Shown here: positions 14,859-24,028 of the stretch, piece after piece
How positions within the stretch are numbered: position 1 is the first letter of the stretch
Layout of the letters: every line of letters starts with the position of its first letter
NCBI GenBank assembly: GCA_016196885.1
Contig: JACPWU010000063.1
Coordinates: forward strand, 5,222-37,221
Direction of reading: 5' to 3'
Source of the DNA: Chlamydiota bacterium
GTDB lineage: Bacteria; Auribacterota; JACPWU01
DNA: 32,000 nt
Notes under the pieces: model-generated
The model's input: only the letters and a program-made list of their open reading frames with translations
Told to the model about the DNA's origin: nothing
The model's database searches: none
Program-made: the position numbers and the translations under genes

Positions 14859-16331
14859 ATGCAAATCGAATGTGTCAGTACAAAAGAGAGTGCAATCAAA
14901 GAATGTGATGCGATTATTCTGGGGGTGACGGAGGGTAAAAAAGATTTAGGTTTTCTTCGCGATTTCTTAAGTGAAAATCTTGTTAAAAGGATTGAAAAAT
15001 ATTTTACCCGAGCAGGAGCCCCCATTCGTAAAAACGACATTCTTTCTTTTGATGGGGATGGACAAATTATTTACACAGTGGTTCTTTCCAAAGAGCCCTC
15101 CATGGAAAATATTCGCCAGGCTTGTGGGCACACGGTCGACTTTGTTTGTGGCCAAGTCCATCGAAATGTTGCTGTGTTGGCTGATTCTTTTGGAACGAAG
15201 GAAGGAAATCTGACGGATCGTGTGGAGGCAATGGCAGAGGTTATTGACCTGGCCCTTTATCGTTTTGATCCCTTTAAGCCAAAGGATCAAAAGAGGAAAG
15301 ATTTAAAAACATGTCAGTTTATCTTTCGCGATGGCAAGGACGTTACGAAAGCGCTCAAGGCCGTTGAAATAGGCAGAACAGTCTCTGAAAGTGTCAATTT
15401 TACCCGTGACCTGGTCAACACCCCTTCCAATGAACTTCCGCCCCGTGTTTTAGCGGACCGGGCTTCTCAAATGGCGAAGGAGTGCAATATTTCAATCAAG
15501 ATTTACGATGAAAAAGAACTTCAGAAAATGAAAATGGGGGGGATTCTCGCCGTTTCTCAGGGAAGTGTTCAGGAGCCTCGAATGATTGTTCTGGAGTATG
15601 GAGATCCAAAGAAGCCGGTAGACTTTGCCTTTGTAGGCAAGGGCGTTACGTTTGACAGTGGCGGGATTTCGATTAAGCCCAGTGATGGAATGGAAAAGAT
15701 GAAATATGATATGGCGGGAGGCGCTGCTGTGCTAGGTATTTTGAGAACGGCAGCTAAACTAAGTTTAGATGTTCATATAGTAGGAATTGTTCCTGCGGCT
15801 GAAAATATGCCCAGTGGGGCGGCTTATCGGCCTGGAGATGTGATTTGGATGGGTTCAGGAAAGAGTGTAGAGGTTTTAAATACGGATGCCGAGGGACGTT
15901 TGCTTTTGGGAGACGGGCTTTTTCTTGCCGAGCGGTATAAGCCTAAAATGGTGGTGGATTTGGCCACATTGACTGGGGCCTGCGTGGTGGCCTTGGGAAC
16001 AGTGGTTGTAGCGGTTTTGGGCAATGATCCAAAAGTGATTTTGAAAATTAAGGAGGCCGGTGAGCTTTCGGGAGAACGCGTTTGGGAACTTCCTCTTTGG
16101 GATGATTATTTTGATCAGATTAAAAGTGATGTGGCTGAGATTAAAAATGTGGGAGGTAAAGGAGGTGGGACGATTACAGCAGCCATGTTTCTCAAGCAGT
16201 TTGTGAATTATCCTTGGGCGCATTTGGATATTGCAGGGACGGCCTGGGCGGAAGAAAAGAAGCCTTATTTCCAAAAAGGGGCAACGGGTGTGGGGGTTAG
16301 GTTGCTGACGAAAATGATGAGAAAACAATGA
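14859..16331 (+). CDS. pepA: Leucyl aminopeptidase (M17)
   Basis: 490 aa with the M17 signature NTDAEGRLLLGD, VGKGVTFDSGGISIKP and the metal-ligand context. Confidence 0.93.
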   Translation: MQIECVSTKESAIKECDAIILGVTEGKKDLGFLRDFLSENLVKRIEKYFTRAGAPIRKNDILSFDGDGQIIYTVVLSKEPSMENIRQACGHTVDFVCGQVHRNVAVLADSFGTKEGNLTDRVEAMAEVIDLALYRFDPFKPKDQKRKDLKTCQFIFRDGKDVTKALKAVEIGRTVSESVNFTRDLVNTPSNELPPRVLADRASQMAKECNISIKIYDEKELQKMKMGGILAVSQGSVQEPRMIVLEYGDPKKPVDFAFVGKGVTFDSGGISIKPSDGMEKMKYDMAGGAAVLGILRTAAKLSLDVHIVGIVPAAENMPSGAAYRPGDVIWMGSGKSVEVLNTDAEGRLLLGDGLFLAERYKPKMVVDLATLTGACVVALGTVVVAVLGNDPKVILKIKEAGELSGERVWELPLWDDYFDQIKSDVAEIKNVGGKGGGTITAAMFLKQFVNYPWAHLDIAGTAWAEEKKPYFQKGATGVGVRLLTKMMRKQ

Positions 16332-16427
16332 AGAATGAAGAATGAAGAATGAAAAGTGAAGAGTAGAAAATGAAAAACAAGGGAAGGTTGCGTTCTTCAT
16401 TTTTCACTTTTCATTCTTCATTGTTTT
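16322..16427. repeat. Heptamer-word inverted repeat (GAAGAAT words) spanning both stops of convergent genes; perfect period-7 stop ladders on both strands
   Basis: On the + strand, stops fall at 16329, 16336, 16343, 16350, 16357, 16364 (TAG) and 16371. TCA (TGA on the minus strand) falls at 16397, 16404, 16411 and 16418. AAAACAATGAAGAATGAA (16322-16339) is exactly complementary to TTCATTCTTCATTGTTTT (16410-16427). Confidence 0.92.
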
Positions 16428-17961
16428 TTTCTAGCCAGTTCTTCACATCAAAGCTTGCAGATATGTTGAGCTTGCCCTGGTCCATTCTTCCATAAGCGAG
16501 GATGTTTATCTCGTTGTCGGGATGGACGTAGAGGAGAAAATTCAGGCTTTTTGGAAAAGAGGCGGTCCTTTTTGAAAATTCAGAATCGGAGGAGACCTTG
16601 CTTTCCTTCGTTTTTTCTATGGCCTTTAGGAAATCTTCTTCTGAATTAAATTGAAGTCCTATCCAGTGCTGTTCCTCTTGATTCTGAGATTCTTTTAAAA
16701 AAGTGCTGTACAAGGATTTTTCCTTCCATTGAATTTGATCACACGAGCTGCCTTCCCTTTTTGAGATTTGCGCCTGATCGGCCTCTTGGAAAAAGCGGTT
16801 GAAATCTAGTCTTGTCTTTGTCCCGTCTTCCCTTTTTAGAGTGGCGACCACGAGGGCCTTTGCCTTTTTCTCTCCAGGGAAAAAATAGAGACTGACAAGA
16901 TTTTGAATGTGGGCCAGATAATTTCGGAAGAGGGCAGGGGGACCAGCATTTTCTTCCATGGAAAGAACCTTTTCAATTTCGACGGGTGTATTGAATGAAA
17001 TTTTCATCAGACCCAATACATTTTCAGGAGGGTTCGTTTCTAGAAGATTTTGAGTGGGAACAGAATTTTTAAATTGAGATTCTAATTTAGATCTTGTCAC
17101 GGGTTCGATTTGTGTATTCAGGTCCAATTTATTATTTTCAAAATGAAATCTTGTGACGATATGGCGGATTTGGGGGAGATTGTTTTCTAGGGATTCAAGG
17201 GCCAGACTCAGCAGTTTCGATTTGTCAGAGGAGAGAATGGGGTTCAGTTTCACTTTCAGGCTTTCGAGATCTTCATGATAGGCTTCGTAGGCCTGCTGGG
17301 TGTTGAGAACCATTTCGCAGTCCATTTTTTCTGAAGACGCTTGGCCTGTCTGGGATGAAAGGAAGATCTCAGGTTGAAATCCTTTCAAGATGTTCCGATC
17401 TCCTGAAACGATGACGAGACTCCCTCGAAAGGCCACATAATATTGAAAAAGCACTTTCTTTTGGAATTGCATCACATCTGTCTTGGGGTCTTTTTCAAGA
17501 GCTTTTAAATAGGCTTCTCTGTCAAATTGGGTCCTTTCTTCGGTGAATTCCTCAATCGGTTGATCTCGGGTCGCTTCCTTACGTGTAAAGCCACTCCCTC
17601 CAAAAAGTCCTTTTCCAAATCCCATGAGAAAAAGGGCCTTGTCCTTCAAGTGGGCAGAGTAGAGAAAGGGGTTGGGATGGGTTTTAGGGTCTAAGCGGAT
17701 GTAGAGAATGTCTTGGGATAAATCAAAACTTTCCATTTTTGTGTTTTTGAAAAAGATGGAGAAAATGAGTCCCGTGAGGGTTTGGCTCGATCGGCCGATC
17801 GGTGATAAAAGGGCGTCTATGTGAGTCAGGGTGTCCGATAGATTTTGGAACGAGATGTAACCCAGGCACGTTTCAGGAAGGCCCGAGGCGTTCTCGCTTG
17901 AAGAGATCGGCGTCCAGGAGCAAAAGAGAAAGTAGAAGATTGGAAGAACGAATTTTTTCAT
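16411..17961 (-). CDS. Secreted hypothetical protein (516 aa)
   Basis: Long ORF with the signal peptide MKKFVLPIFYFLFCSWTPISSSE. I recognise no family motif. Confidence 0.7.
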   Translation of the reverse strand: MKKFVLPIFYFLFCSWTPISSSENASGLPETCLGYISFQNLSDTLTHIDALLSPIGRSSQTLTGLIFSIFFKNTKMESFDLSQDILYIRLDPKTHPNPFLYSAHLKDKALFLMGFGKGLFGGSGFTRKEATRDQPIEEFTEERTQFDREAYLKALEKDPKTDVMQFQKKVLFQYYVAFRGSLVIVSGDRNILKGFQPEIFLSSQTGQASSEKMDCEMVLNTQQAYEAYHEDLESLKVKLNPILSSDKSKLLSLALESLENNLPQIRHIVTRFHFENNKLDLNTQIEPVTRSKLESQFKNSVPTQNLLETNPPENVLGLMKISFNTPVEIEKVLSMEENAGPPALFRNYLAHIQNLVSLYFFPGEKKAKALVVATLKREDGTKTRLDFNRFFQEADQAQISKREGSSCDQIQWKEKSLYSTFLKESQNQEEQHWIGLQFNSEEDFLKAIEKTKESKVSSDSEFSKRTASFPKSLNFLLYVHPDNEINILAYGRMDQGKLNISASFDVKNWLEKNNEE

Positions 17962-18018
17962 CCTTGTAAGCTTAATTTATATTTGCACTTCTTTCAAGAG
18001 TCTCATAAGATTTTGGTG

Positions 18019-19230
18019 ATGATAACGCCCTTTGTGTTCAGTTTTAGTCTTTTCGCATTGTTCATTGCCCTCCTGTATGTCTTTCTCGTCAAGCGCAGTC
18101 AAGTGACGCTGAAGTTGAAGCAGCTTGAGCTCCAGAGTTTCTACGAAAAAGAAAAGGAGATGTTGGATCGGATTATCAATGCAGCAAGCGATACCCTTCT
18201 GTGTCTGGACCACGATAAGAAAGTCCTTTTCATGAACAAGAAGGGTGAGGAGATGACGGGATGGAAGGTGGAAGAGGTGATTGGGAAGGCCTTCTGTCGA
18301 GAAGTCATTCGGGTGAGGGATTCGAAGGGTCATCTGATTTGTCATTCCGATTGTCCCTTGGAGAAGGCCTGTACTTTGGCCTCGAGAGAGGCTGTGTGCG
18401 AAGGAATGCTTCTGACAAAGAATGGGGCTCAGGCGTGGGCAGAACTTCGCTACAGTGCCCTGGTGGATTCAAAGGGGCATTTGAGCTTTGGCATTTTGAC
18501 GCTGAGGGATATTTCTCAGTTCAAGAAGGCTGAGCACATGCGTTTGCAATTGACTTCAAATATTGTTCATGAATTAAGAACGCCCCTTACGTATATTCGG
18601 GGATATGTAGATTTACTTTTGATGAGAAAAGTCGGGGGTCTTTCTGAGGATCAGGAGAAATCCCTTCGGGTGATTCGAGAAAGTGTTTTTAAATTGATTG
18701 CGTTGATTGATAATCTCTTGGAGGTGGCCCGCATTGAAGAAGGTAAGTTTTATTTACGATTTGGTTCTGTCCGTTTAAACCATTTGATTCAGAAGGTGGT
18801 GGATCTTGCAAAGGTCGAGGCCGATCGGAAAAATATTGTTTTGATTTGGGAAGCCCAAGATTCATTTCCTGAAATTTATGCTGATGGAAAGAGATTGGAA
18901 GAAGTTTTGATGAATTTATTGAGCAATGGGTTAAAATATACCCACCCGGGAGGGAGGATTGAAATAGCATTGGGTGAAGAAGACGAGACGGTCTCAATTT
19001 TAGTGGCAGATACGGGGATTGGGATTGCTGCGGAATATGTGAAGGGTATTTTCGAGCGATTTGCCAGGCTCGATGATGTGGATGGCAACAAGCCGGGAGA
19101 AGGTGCGGGTCTGGGCTTGAACATTGTAAAGAGAGTGGTCGAGGCACATGGAGGAAAAGTGTGGGTTGAAAGCGAAATGGGGAAGGGGTCAACTTTTTAT
19201 GTTCAGATTCCGAAAAGAAATGTAGCATAA
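18019..19230 (+). CDS. Membrane-anchored PAS sensor histidine kinase
   Basis: Starts at ATG 18019 (the track starts at TTG 17983). It has one TM helix, a PAS-like region (LFMNKKGEEMTGWKVEEVIGKAF), the H-box HELRTPLT, and an HATPase with N, G1 (DTGIGI) and G2 (GAGLGL) boxes. Confidence 0.9.
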   Translation: MITPFVFSFSLFALFIALLYVFLVKRSQVTLKLKQLELQSFYEKEKEMLDRIINAASDTLLCLDHDKKVLFMNKKGEEMTGWKVEEVIGKAFCREVIRVRDSKGHLICHSDCPLEKACTLASREAVCEGMLLTKNGAQAWAELRYSALVDSKGHLSFGILTLRDISQFKKAEHMRLQLTSNIVHELRTPLTYIRGYVDLLLMRKVGGLSEDQEKSLRVIRESVFKLIALIDNLLEVARIEEGKFYLRFGSVRLNHLIQKVVDLAKVEADRKNIVLIWEAQDSFPEIYADGKRLEEVLMNLLSNGLKYTHPGGRIEIALGEEDETVSILVADTGIGIAAEYVKGIFERFARLDDVDGNKPGEGAGLGLNIVKRVVEAHGGKVWVESEMGKGSTFYVQIPKRNVA

Positions 19231-19234
19231 CAAT

Positions 19235-19292
19235 GGTGAGAGGTGAGGGGTGAGTTTTAAAAGCATTTGTTTTTACTCACCTCTCACCCCTC
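19235..19292. repeat. Heptamer-word hairpin (GGTGAGA/GGTGAGG words)
   Basis: GGTGAGAGGTGAGGGGTGAGT ... ACTCACCTCTCACCCCTC. Stops occur at 19237, 19244, 19251 and 19258 with an exact 7-nt period. Confidence 0.88.
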
Positions 19293-19321
19293 GCGCTTGA
19301 ATTTAAAAATGGAGGAATGTA

Positions 19322-20443
19322 ATGAGAAAGTTTCTTTTGGTTTTAGCTGTGGGTATGGGGCTGGTGATGGGTTGCGGTAAAAAAAGTGATGATGTCAAAA
19401 TAGGTGTTTATGCTTCTTTGACGGGCAATACGGCGACTTTTGGAGAGTCCATGCGCAAAGGAATTGAATTGGCTTTTGAAGAGATCAATGCTCAGGGTGG
19501 ACTTCTGGGAAAAAAGGTACGATTGATTGTGGAAGATGATCAGAGTAAACCTGAAGAGGCAAAGACGGCTGTGGTGAAACTTATCAAACGCGATCGAGTG
19601 GTGGCGGTTTTGGGTGAGGTCGCGAGCTCCCGGAGTCTTGCGGGGGCTCCTGAGTGTCAACGTTCCTCAGTTCCTATGGTGACCCCGGCATCCACCAATC
19701 CAAAAGTCACAGAGATCGGAGATTATATTTTTCGCGTTTGTTTCATTGACCCCTTTCAGGGAGAGGTGATGGCCAAATTTGCTTATCAGACTTTAGGTTT
19801 GAGGAGAGTGGCTGTTTTTACGGATGTCAAAAATGATTACAGTGTGGGTCTGGCGAATTATTTTGAGAAAACTTTTCTTGAGTTGGGTGGAAAAATAATA
19901 GGGGAAGAATCCTATTCGGAAGGGGATATTGAATTTAGGGCACAGTTGACGACGATCAAGAGTCAGAAACCAGAGGCTATTTTTATTCCGGGCTATTATA
20001 CAGAAGTGGGCCTCATTGCCCGTCAGGCGAGAGAACTGGGCTTTCAAGGGCCTTTGCTGGGAGGGGACGGATGGGATTCACCGAAGACAGTAGAGATTGG
20101 AGGCAGTGCGGTGGAGGGATGTTTTTTTAGCAATCATTATGCCTCTGATGATCCTGCCTCCGTCGTTCAAGATTTTATCCGCTCTTTTAAGGAGAAGTAC
20201 GGAGAAGTTCCGGATGCCATGGCCGTTTTGGGGTATGATGCGGCTAGAGTTTTGGCGGATGCGATTCACAGAGCCTCTTCTTTCCAGGGGGCAAAGATTC
20301 GTGAAGCTTTGGCCCAAACCAAAGGCTATGAAGGGGTGTCCGGAAGAGTGACGATAGATCAAAACCGTAACGCGCGAAAAGCAGCAGTGGTTTTGAAAAT
20401 CGAAAATGGACGGGTGAAGTTTTTTAAGAGGGTTGAACCGTAA
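19322..20443 (+). CDS. Branched-chain amino-acid ABC transporter substrate-binding lipoprotein (Leu/Ile/Val-binding family)
   Basis: 373 aa with a GGAGGA ribosome-binding site and the lipobox LVMGC. It shows type I periplasmic binding protein features (YASLTGNTATFGESMRKGIELAFEEINAQGG). It is the first gene of a livHMGF-type operon. Confidence 0.88.
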   Translation: MRKFLLVLAVGMGLVMGCGKKSDDVKIGVYASLTGNTATFGESMRKGIELAFEEINAQGGLLGKKVRLIVEDDQSKPEEAKTAVVKLIKRDRVVAVLGEVASSRSLAGAPECQRSSVPMVTPASTNPKVTEIGDYIFRVCFIDPFQGEVMAKFAYQTLGLRRVAVFTDVKNDYSVGLANYFEKTFLELGGKIIGEESYSEGDIEFRAQLTTIKSQKPEAIFIPGYYTEVGLIARQARELGFQGPLLGGDGWDSPKTVEIGGSAVEGCFFSNHYASDDPASVVQDFIRSFKEKYGEVPDAMAVLGYDAARVLADAIHRASSFQGAKIREALAQTKGYEGVSGRVTIDQNRNARKAAVVLKIENGRVKFFKRVEP

Positions 20444-20449
20444 AGGCAG

Positions 20450-20527
20450 TTGTGAGGGGTGAGTCGTGAGTGGTGAGTAAAAAAAAACTCCGTTAAAACT
20501 AACCCCTCACGACTCACCCCTCACGAC
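20450..20527. repeat. Heptamer-word inverted repeat (GTGAGGG/GTGAGTC words) between the binding-protein gene and livH
   Basis: The left arm carries TGA at 20453, 20460, 20467 and 20474. The right arm CCCCTCACGACTCACCCCTCACGAC is complementary at about 23 of 25 positions. The loop is A-rich. Confidence 0.9.
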
Positions 20528-20533
20528 AAATAC

Positions 20534-21433
20534 ATGCAATTCCTACAACAACTCATCAACGGCATCAGCTGGGGAAGCATTTATGCCCTGATCGCCTTGG
20601 GATACACCATGGTGTATGGGGTTTTGCGCCTGATTAATTTTGCCCATGGCGATATTTACATGCTGGGGGCTATGTTTGGCTATTATGTGGCGGTCTTTCT
20701 CGGTGTGGCCGAACATGCCTCTGGTGTGAGAGTGCTGTCTGTTGTTCTGATCAGCATGCTTGGATGTGGATTGATCGGGGTCGGCATTGAACGATTTTGC
20801 TATCGTCCTTTGAGAAAAGCCCCCCGCCTCGCGGCCTTGATGACGGCTGTTGGAGTCTCTCTTCTTTTGGAAAATGGGGGACAGTTGATTTTTGGGGCCG
20901 ATCCTAAATTTTTTCCTCCCCTCATTCACACCCGAGAAATTTTTAGGTTTCACGAAATTGTTCTTAATAACATTCAACTGATGATCTTTGCGGTTTCTCT
21001 CCTTTTGATGTTCCTTCTTCACTGGATTGTGATGAAAACTCGCATGGGAAAGGCCATGCGGGCCGTGTCTTTTAGCCATGATGCGGCGGGTTTGGTAGGG
21101 ATTCCTGTGAATCGGGTGATCAGTTTTACTTTTTTTCTAGGCTCTCTCTTGGCTGCGGCCGCTGGTATTTTGGTGAGTCTTTCCAATCCCAAAGTGGAGC
21201 CTCTCATGGGGATTATGCCGGGGCTGAAGGCTTTTGTGGCCGCGGTATTGGGCGGGATTGGAAACATGATGGGTGCGATGATCGGGGGTTTGATCATGGG
21301 GATTTCTGAAGTGCTCGTCTCCGGCTACATTTCAAGCACGTATCGAGACGCCTTCGCCTTTTTTATTTTAATTTTTATTTTGCTTTATAAACCGTCTGGA
21401 CTTTTGGGGAAGACGGGACCGGAGAAATTATAG
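20534..21433 (+). CDS. livH: Branched-chain amino-acid ABC transporter permease
   Basis: 299 aa and polytopic. It has a LivH-like N-terminus MQFLQQLINGISWGSIYALIALGYTMVYG. Confidence 0.9.
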   Translation: MQFLQQLINGISWGSIYALIALGYTMVYGVLRLINFAHGDIYMLGAMFGYYVAVFLGVAEHASGVRVLSVVLISMLGCGLIGVGIERFCYRPLRKAPRLAALMTAVGVSLLLENGGQLIFGADPKFFPPLIHTREIFRFHEIVLNNIQLMIFAVSLLLMFLLHWIVMKTRMGKAMRAVSFSHDAAGLVGIPVNRVISFTFFLGSLLAAAAGILVSLSNPKVEPLMGIMPGLKAFVAAVLGGIGNMMGAMIGGLIMGISEVLVSGYISSTYRDAFAFFILIFILLYKPSGLLGKTGPEKL

Positions 21434-21509
21434 CGTTCAGCGTTTAGCGTGCAGCGTACAGAAAAACCAGCATCACTCCTGTCCGCTATACGCTGTCCGC
21501 TGTCCGCTA
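21431..21509. repeat. Heptamer-word inverted repeat ((T/C)AGCGTN words) between livH and livM
   Basis: TAGCGTTCAGCGTTTAGCGTGCAGCGTACAG (21431-21461) against CTGTCCGCTATACGCTGTCCGCTGTCCGCTA (21479-21509) gives 23 of 31 complementary positions, in 4-5-bp blocks at a 7-nt period. Confidence 0.85.
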
Positions 21510-21513
21510 AATT

Positions 21514-22455
21514 ATGAAATCGATTCGACAAGTTCTTTTCTGTGTTGCTATTTTATGCTTTTTTTTCTTTCTCAATCACTTCCTCACCCTTTACCTCAAT
21601 CCCTATTACCTTCAAATCCTTATTTATGCCGGGATCAATGTGATTCTGGCGATCAGTCTTAATTTGGTGAATGCCCAGACGGGCCAATTTTCAATGGGGC
21701 ATGCTGGATTCATGGCGGTGGGGGCCTATGCGAGTGCTTTTTTTACTGATCGGGTGGGACCTCTCCTTCATTCTTTTTTCACGCACGTGCTCGCGTTCCC
21801 GGATTTTTTCTCTTCCTTTTTCATTTTTGGTTTTGCCTTGGTGATTGCGGGGTGCCTCTCGGCGGGTGCGGGCTTTATCGTAGGGTTACCCGTTTTGAGA
21901 TTGCGCGGAGATTATTTGGCCATCGCGACGCTTGGGTTTGGCGAAATCATTCGGGTGATGATTTTAAACATGGATGTCGTGGGTGGGGCACGCGGCTTTA
22001 CCGACATTCCTATCTATACGAATGTCTTCTGGTTGGGACTCTGTGTTTATGGGACTTGGATGGTGATTGGAAACCTCATTCATTCAACGAAGGGCCGAGC
22101 CTTTTTAGCCATTCGGGAGGACGAGGTGGCGGCGGAATGCATGGGGATTCACACGACGAAATATAAAGTAGGGGCCTTTGTGATCGGCGCTTTTTTTGCA
22201 GGAGTGGGGGGAGCCCTCTTGGCGCATGAAGTCGGGTATTTGCACACGAATTCTTTTACATTTTTAAGGTCCATTGAAATTGTGGTGATGGTAGTGTTGG
22301 GTGGGACGAGTCTCGTGGGTTCAGCCCTTGCAGCCATTGTTTTGACTCTTTTACCGGAGGTGTTAAGGTTTTTCAGTGAATATCGGATGGTCGTTTATTC
22401 ATTGGTTTTAATTTTTTTGATGTTGGCCAGGGCTAAAAAATGGAAAAGTACTTAA
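21514..22455 (+). CDS. livM: Branched-chain amino-acid ABC transporter permease
   Basis: 313 aa and polytopic, LivM-like (LRLRGDYLAIATLGFGEIIR). The last codons (WKST*) lie in a repeat arm. Confidence 0.9.
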   Translation: MKSIRQVLFCVAILCFFFFLNHFLTLYLNPYYLQILIYAGINVILAISLNLVNAQTGQFSMGHAGFMAVGAYASAFFTDRVGPLLHSFFTHVLAFPDFFSSFFIFGFALVIAGCLSAGAGFIVGLPVLRLRGDYLAIATLGFGEIIRVMILNMDVVGGARGFTDIPIYTNVFWLGLCVYGTWMVIGNLIHSTKGRAFLAIREDEVAAECMGIHTTKYKVGAFVIGAFFAGVGGALLAHEVGYLHTNSFTFLRSIEIVVMVVLGGTSLVGSALAAIVLTLLPEVLRFFSEYRMVVYSLVLIFLMLARAKKWKST

Positions 22456-22499
22456 GTAAAAAAATCCTTCCTTGCTAACTTAAGCACTTAGACACTTAG
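22442..22499. repeat. CTTAAG-word hairpin element, copy L (inverted relative to copy R at 24029-24108)
   Basis: 22451-22499 aligns to the reverse complement of 24031-24088 with about 45 identical positions in about 50 columns. The match includes the loop core TCCTTCCTT and the arm CACTTAGACACTTA. Confidence 0.85.
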
Positions 22500-22513
22500 T
22501 TAGTAATACGCAT

Positions 22514-23287
22514 ATGAACCTCTTAGAACTCAAAAATTGTACTTTATCTTTTGGCGGCTTAACGGCCGTCTCCCATTTAAATTTGAATGTGAATGAGGGA
22601 GAGTTGGTCGGACTTATTGGTCCTAATGGGGCTGGGAAAACAACGGTTTTTAATTTAATGACGGGAATTTACGCGCCGAGCGGAGGTGATATTTTTTTCA
22701 AAGATTCCTCATTGTCCTCCTTAAGGCCTTCTCAAGTTTGCAGGCTCGGAGTGGCCAGAACATTTCAGAATATTCGTCTTTTTGGAAACATGTCAGTTTT
22801 GGACAATGTTCGGGTGGCGCAGTACATTTATTTGAATCGGGGCCTTTGGCGGACGGTCTTAAGAACACGGTCGTTTTATGAAGAAGAGGAGCAGGTTTTC
22901 AAGAAGGCCAGGGAAATATTGAATTGGGTGGGGCTTTCTCAAGATGAGGCGGATGAGGCGCATAATTTACCCTATGGAAAACAAAGGCGTTTGGAAATGG
23001 CCCGTGCCCTGGCCACTCGGCCACATCTTTTACTTCTGGATGAGCCGGCGGCCGGGATGAACCCTTTCGAAAAAGAAGAATTGATGAAATTGATCGAGCG
23101 TATTCATCGGGAATTAAAGGTGAGTATTCTTCTGATCGAGCATGATATGAAGGTTGTGATGGGGATTTGCCATCGTGTGATGGTGATGGATCATGGCGAA
23201 ATGATTGCGGAAGGAACCCCCAATGAAGTTCAGAAAAATGCGAAAGTAATAGAGGCGTATTTAGGACAACAAATTAACAATTGCTAA
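22514..23287 (+). CDS. livG: Branched-chain amino-acid ABC transporter ATP-binding protein
   Basis: 257 aa with Walker A GPNGAGKTT, the LivG-type insertion, Walker B LLLLDEP, and the C-terminal EAYLG motif. Confidence 0.92.
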   Translation: MNLLELKNCTLSFGGLTAVSHLNLNVNEGELVGLIGPNGAGKTTVFNLMTGIYAPSGGDIFFKDSSLSSLRPSQVCRLGVARTFQNIRLFGNMSVLDNVRVAQYIYLNRGLWRTVLRTRSFYEEEEQVFKKAREILNWVGLSQDEADEAHNLPYGKQRRLEMARALATRPHLLLLDEPAAGMNPFEKEELMKLIERIHRELKVSILLIEHDMKVVMGICHRVMVMDHGEMIAEGTPNEVQKNAKVIEAYLGQQINNC

Positions 23288-23305
23288 TTATCAATTATTT
23301 TTCTT

Positions 23306-24022
23306 ATGCTAAAAATCAACAACTTAATCGTCTCATACGGCAACATCAAGGCCCTTCAAGGAGTTTCCCTTGAAGTAAAAGAAGGGGAAATTGTGACTTT
23401 GATCGGAGCCAATGGGGCAGGGAAGACCACTCTTTTAAAGACGATTTCGGGATTGATTGCGCCCGTTTCGGGAACGATTTATTATTCTAAAAATGAAAAA
23501 AATAGTTCTTTAAATCATATGGCTCCCCATGAAATTGTGAGGCTGGGTGTATCTCAAGTCCCGGAAGGGAGAATGGTTTTTGCGAATTTGTCCGTGGCTG
23601 AAAATTTAGATTTAGGGGCTTTTTTGAGAAGGGATGCGCGTGAAGTTAGAGAAAGTCTTGATAAAGCCTTTCAACTTTTTCCAAGATTGAAAGAGCGAGT
23701 GACCCAAAATGCAGGTACTTTAAGCGGAGGAGAGCAGCAAATGCTTGCCATTGCCCGTGCTTTAATGGCAAAGCCCAAACTCCTTTTAATGGATGAACCT
23801 TCATTGGGTCTTGCACCCATTTTGGTAAAAGAAATTTTTGAAACCATTCGAAAAATCAATCAAGAAGGTCTAAGCATTTTACTCGTAGAGCAAAATGCGC
23901 ATCTTGCATTGCAATTGGCCCATCGGGCGTATGTATTAGAGACAGGTAAAATTGTTCTTGAAGGTCCTGCACGTGAGTTGGCTATGAATGAAGAGGTGAA
24001 GAAGGCGTATTTGGGGGCGTGA
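23306..24022 (+). CDS. livF: Branched-chain amino-acid ABC transporter ATP-binding protein
   Basis: 238 aa with Walker A GANGAGKTT, signature LSGGEQQ, Walker B LLLMDEP and KAYLG at the C-terminus. Confidence 0.92.
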   Translation: MLKINNLIVSYGNIKALQGVSLEVKEGEIVTLIGANGAGKTTLLKTISGLIAPVSGTIYYSKNEKNSSLNHMAPHEIVRLGVSQVPEGRMVFANLSVAENLDLGAFLRRDAREVRESLDKAFQLFPRLKERVTQNAGTLSGGEQQMLAIARALMAKPKLLLMDEPSLGLAPILVKEIFETIRKINQEGLSILLVEQNAHLALQLAHRAYVLETGKIVLEGPARELAMNEEVKKAYLGA

Positions 24023-24028
24023 TTAAAT

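Noticed and set aside
4974-21079. Long antisense ORFs: 4974..5360 -, 13362..13790 +, 15876..16400 -, 18689..19228 -, 20543..21079 -, 21019..21297 - and others.
   Set aside because: Each lies fully inside a strongly supported gene on the other strand. They translate to Ser/Pro/His/Arg-rich low-complexity sequence. They are shadow ORFs, common in this genome.
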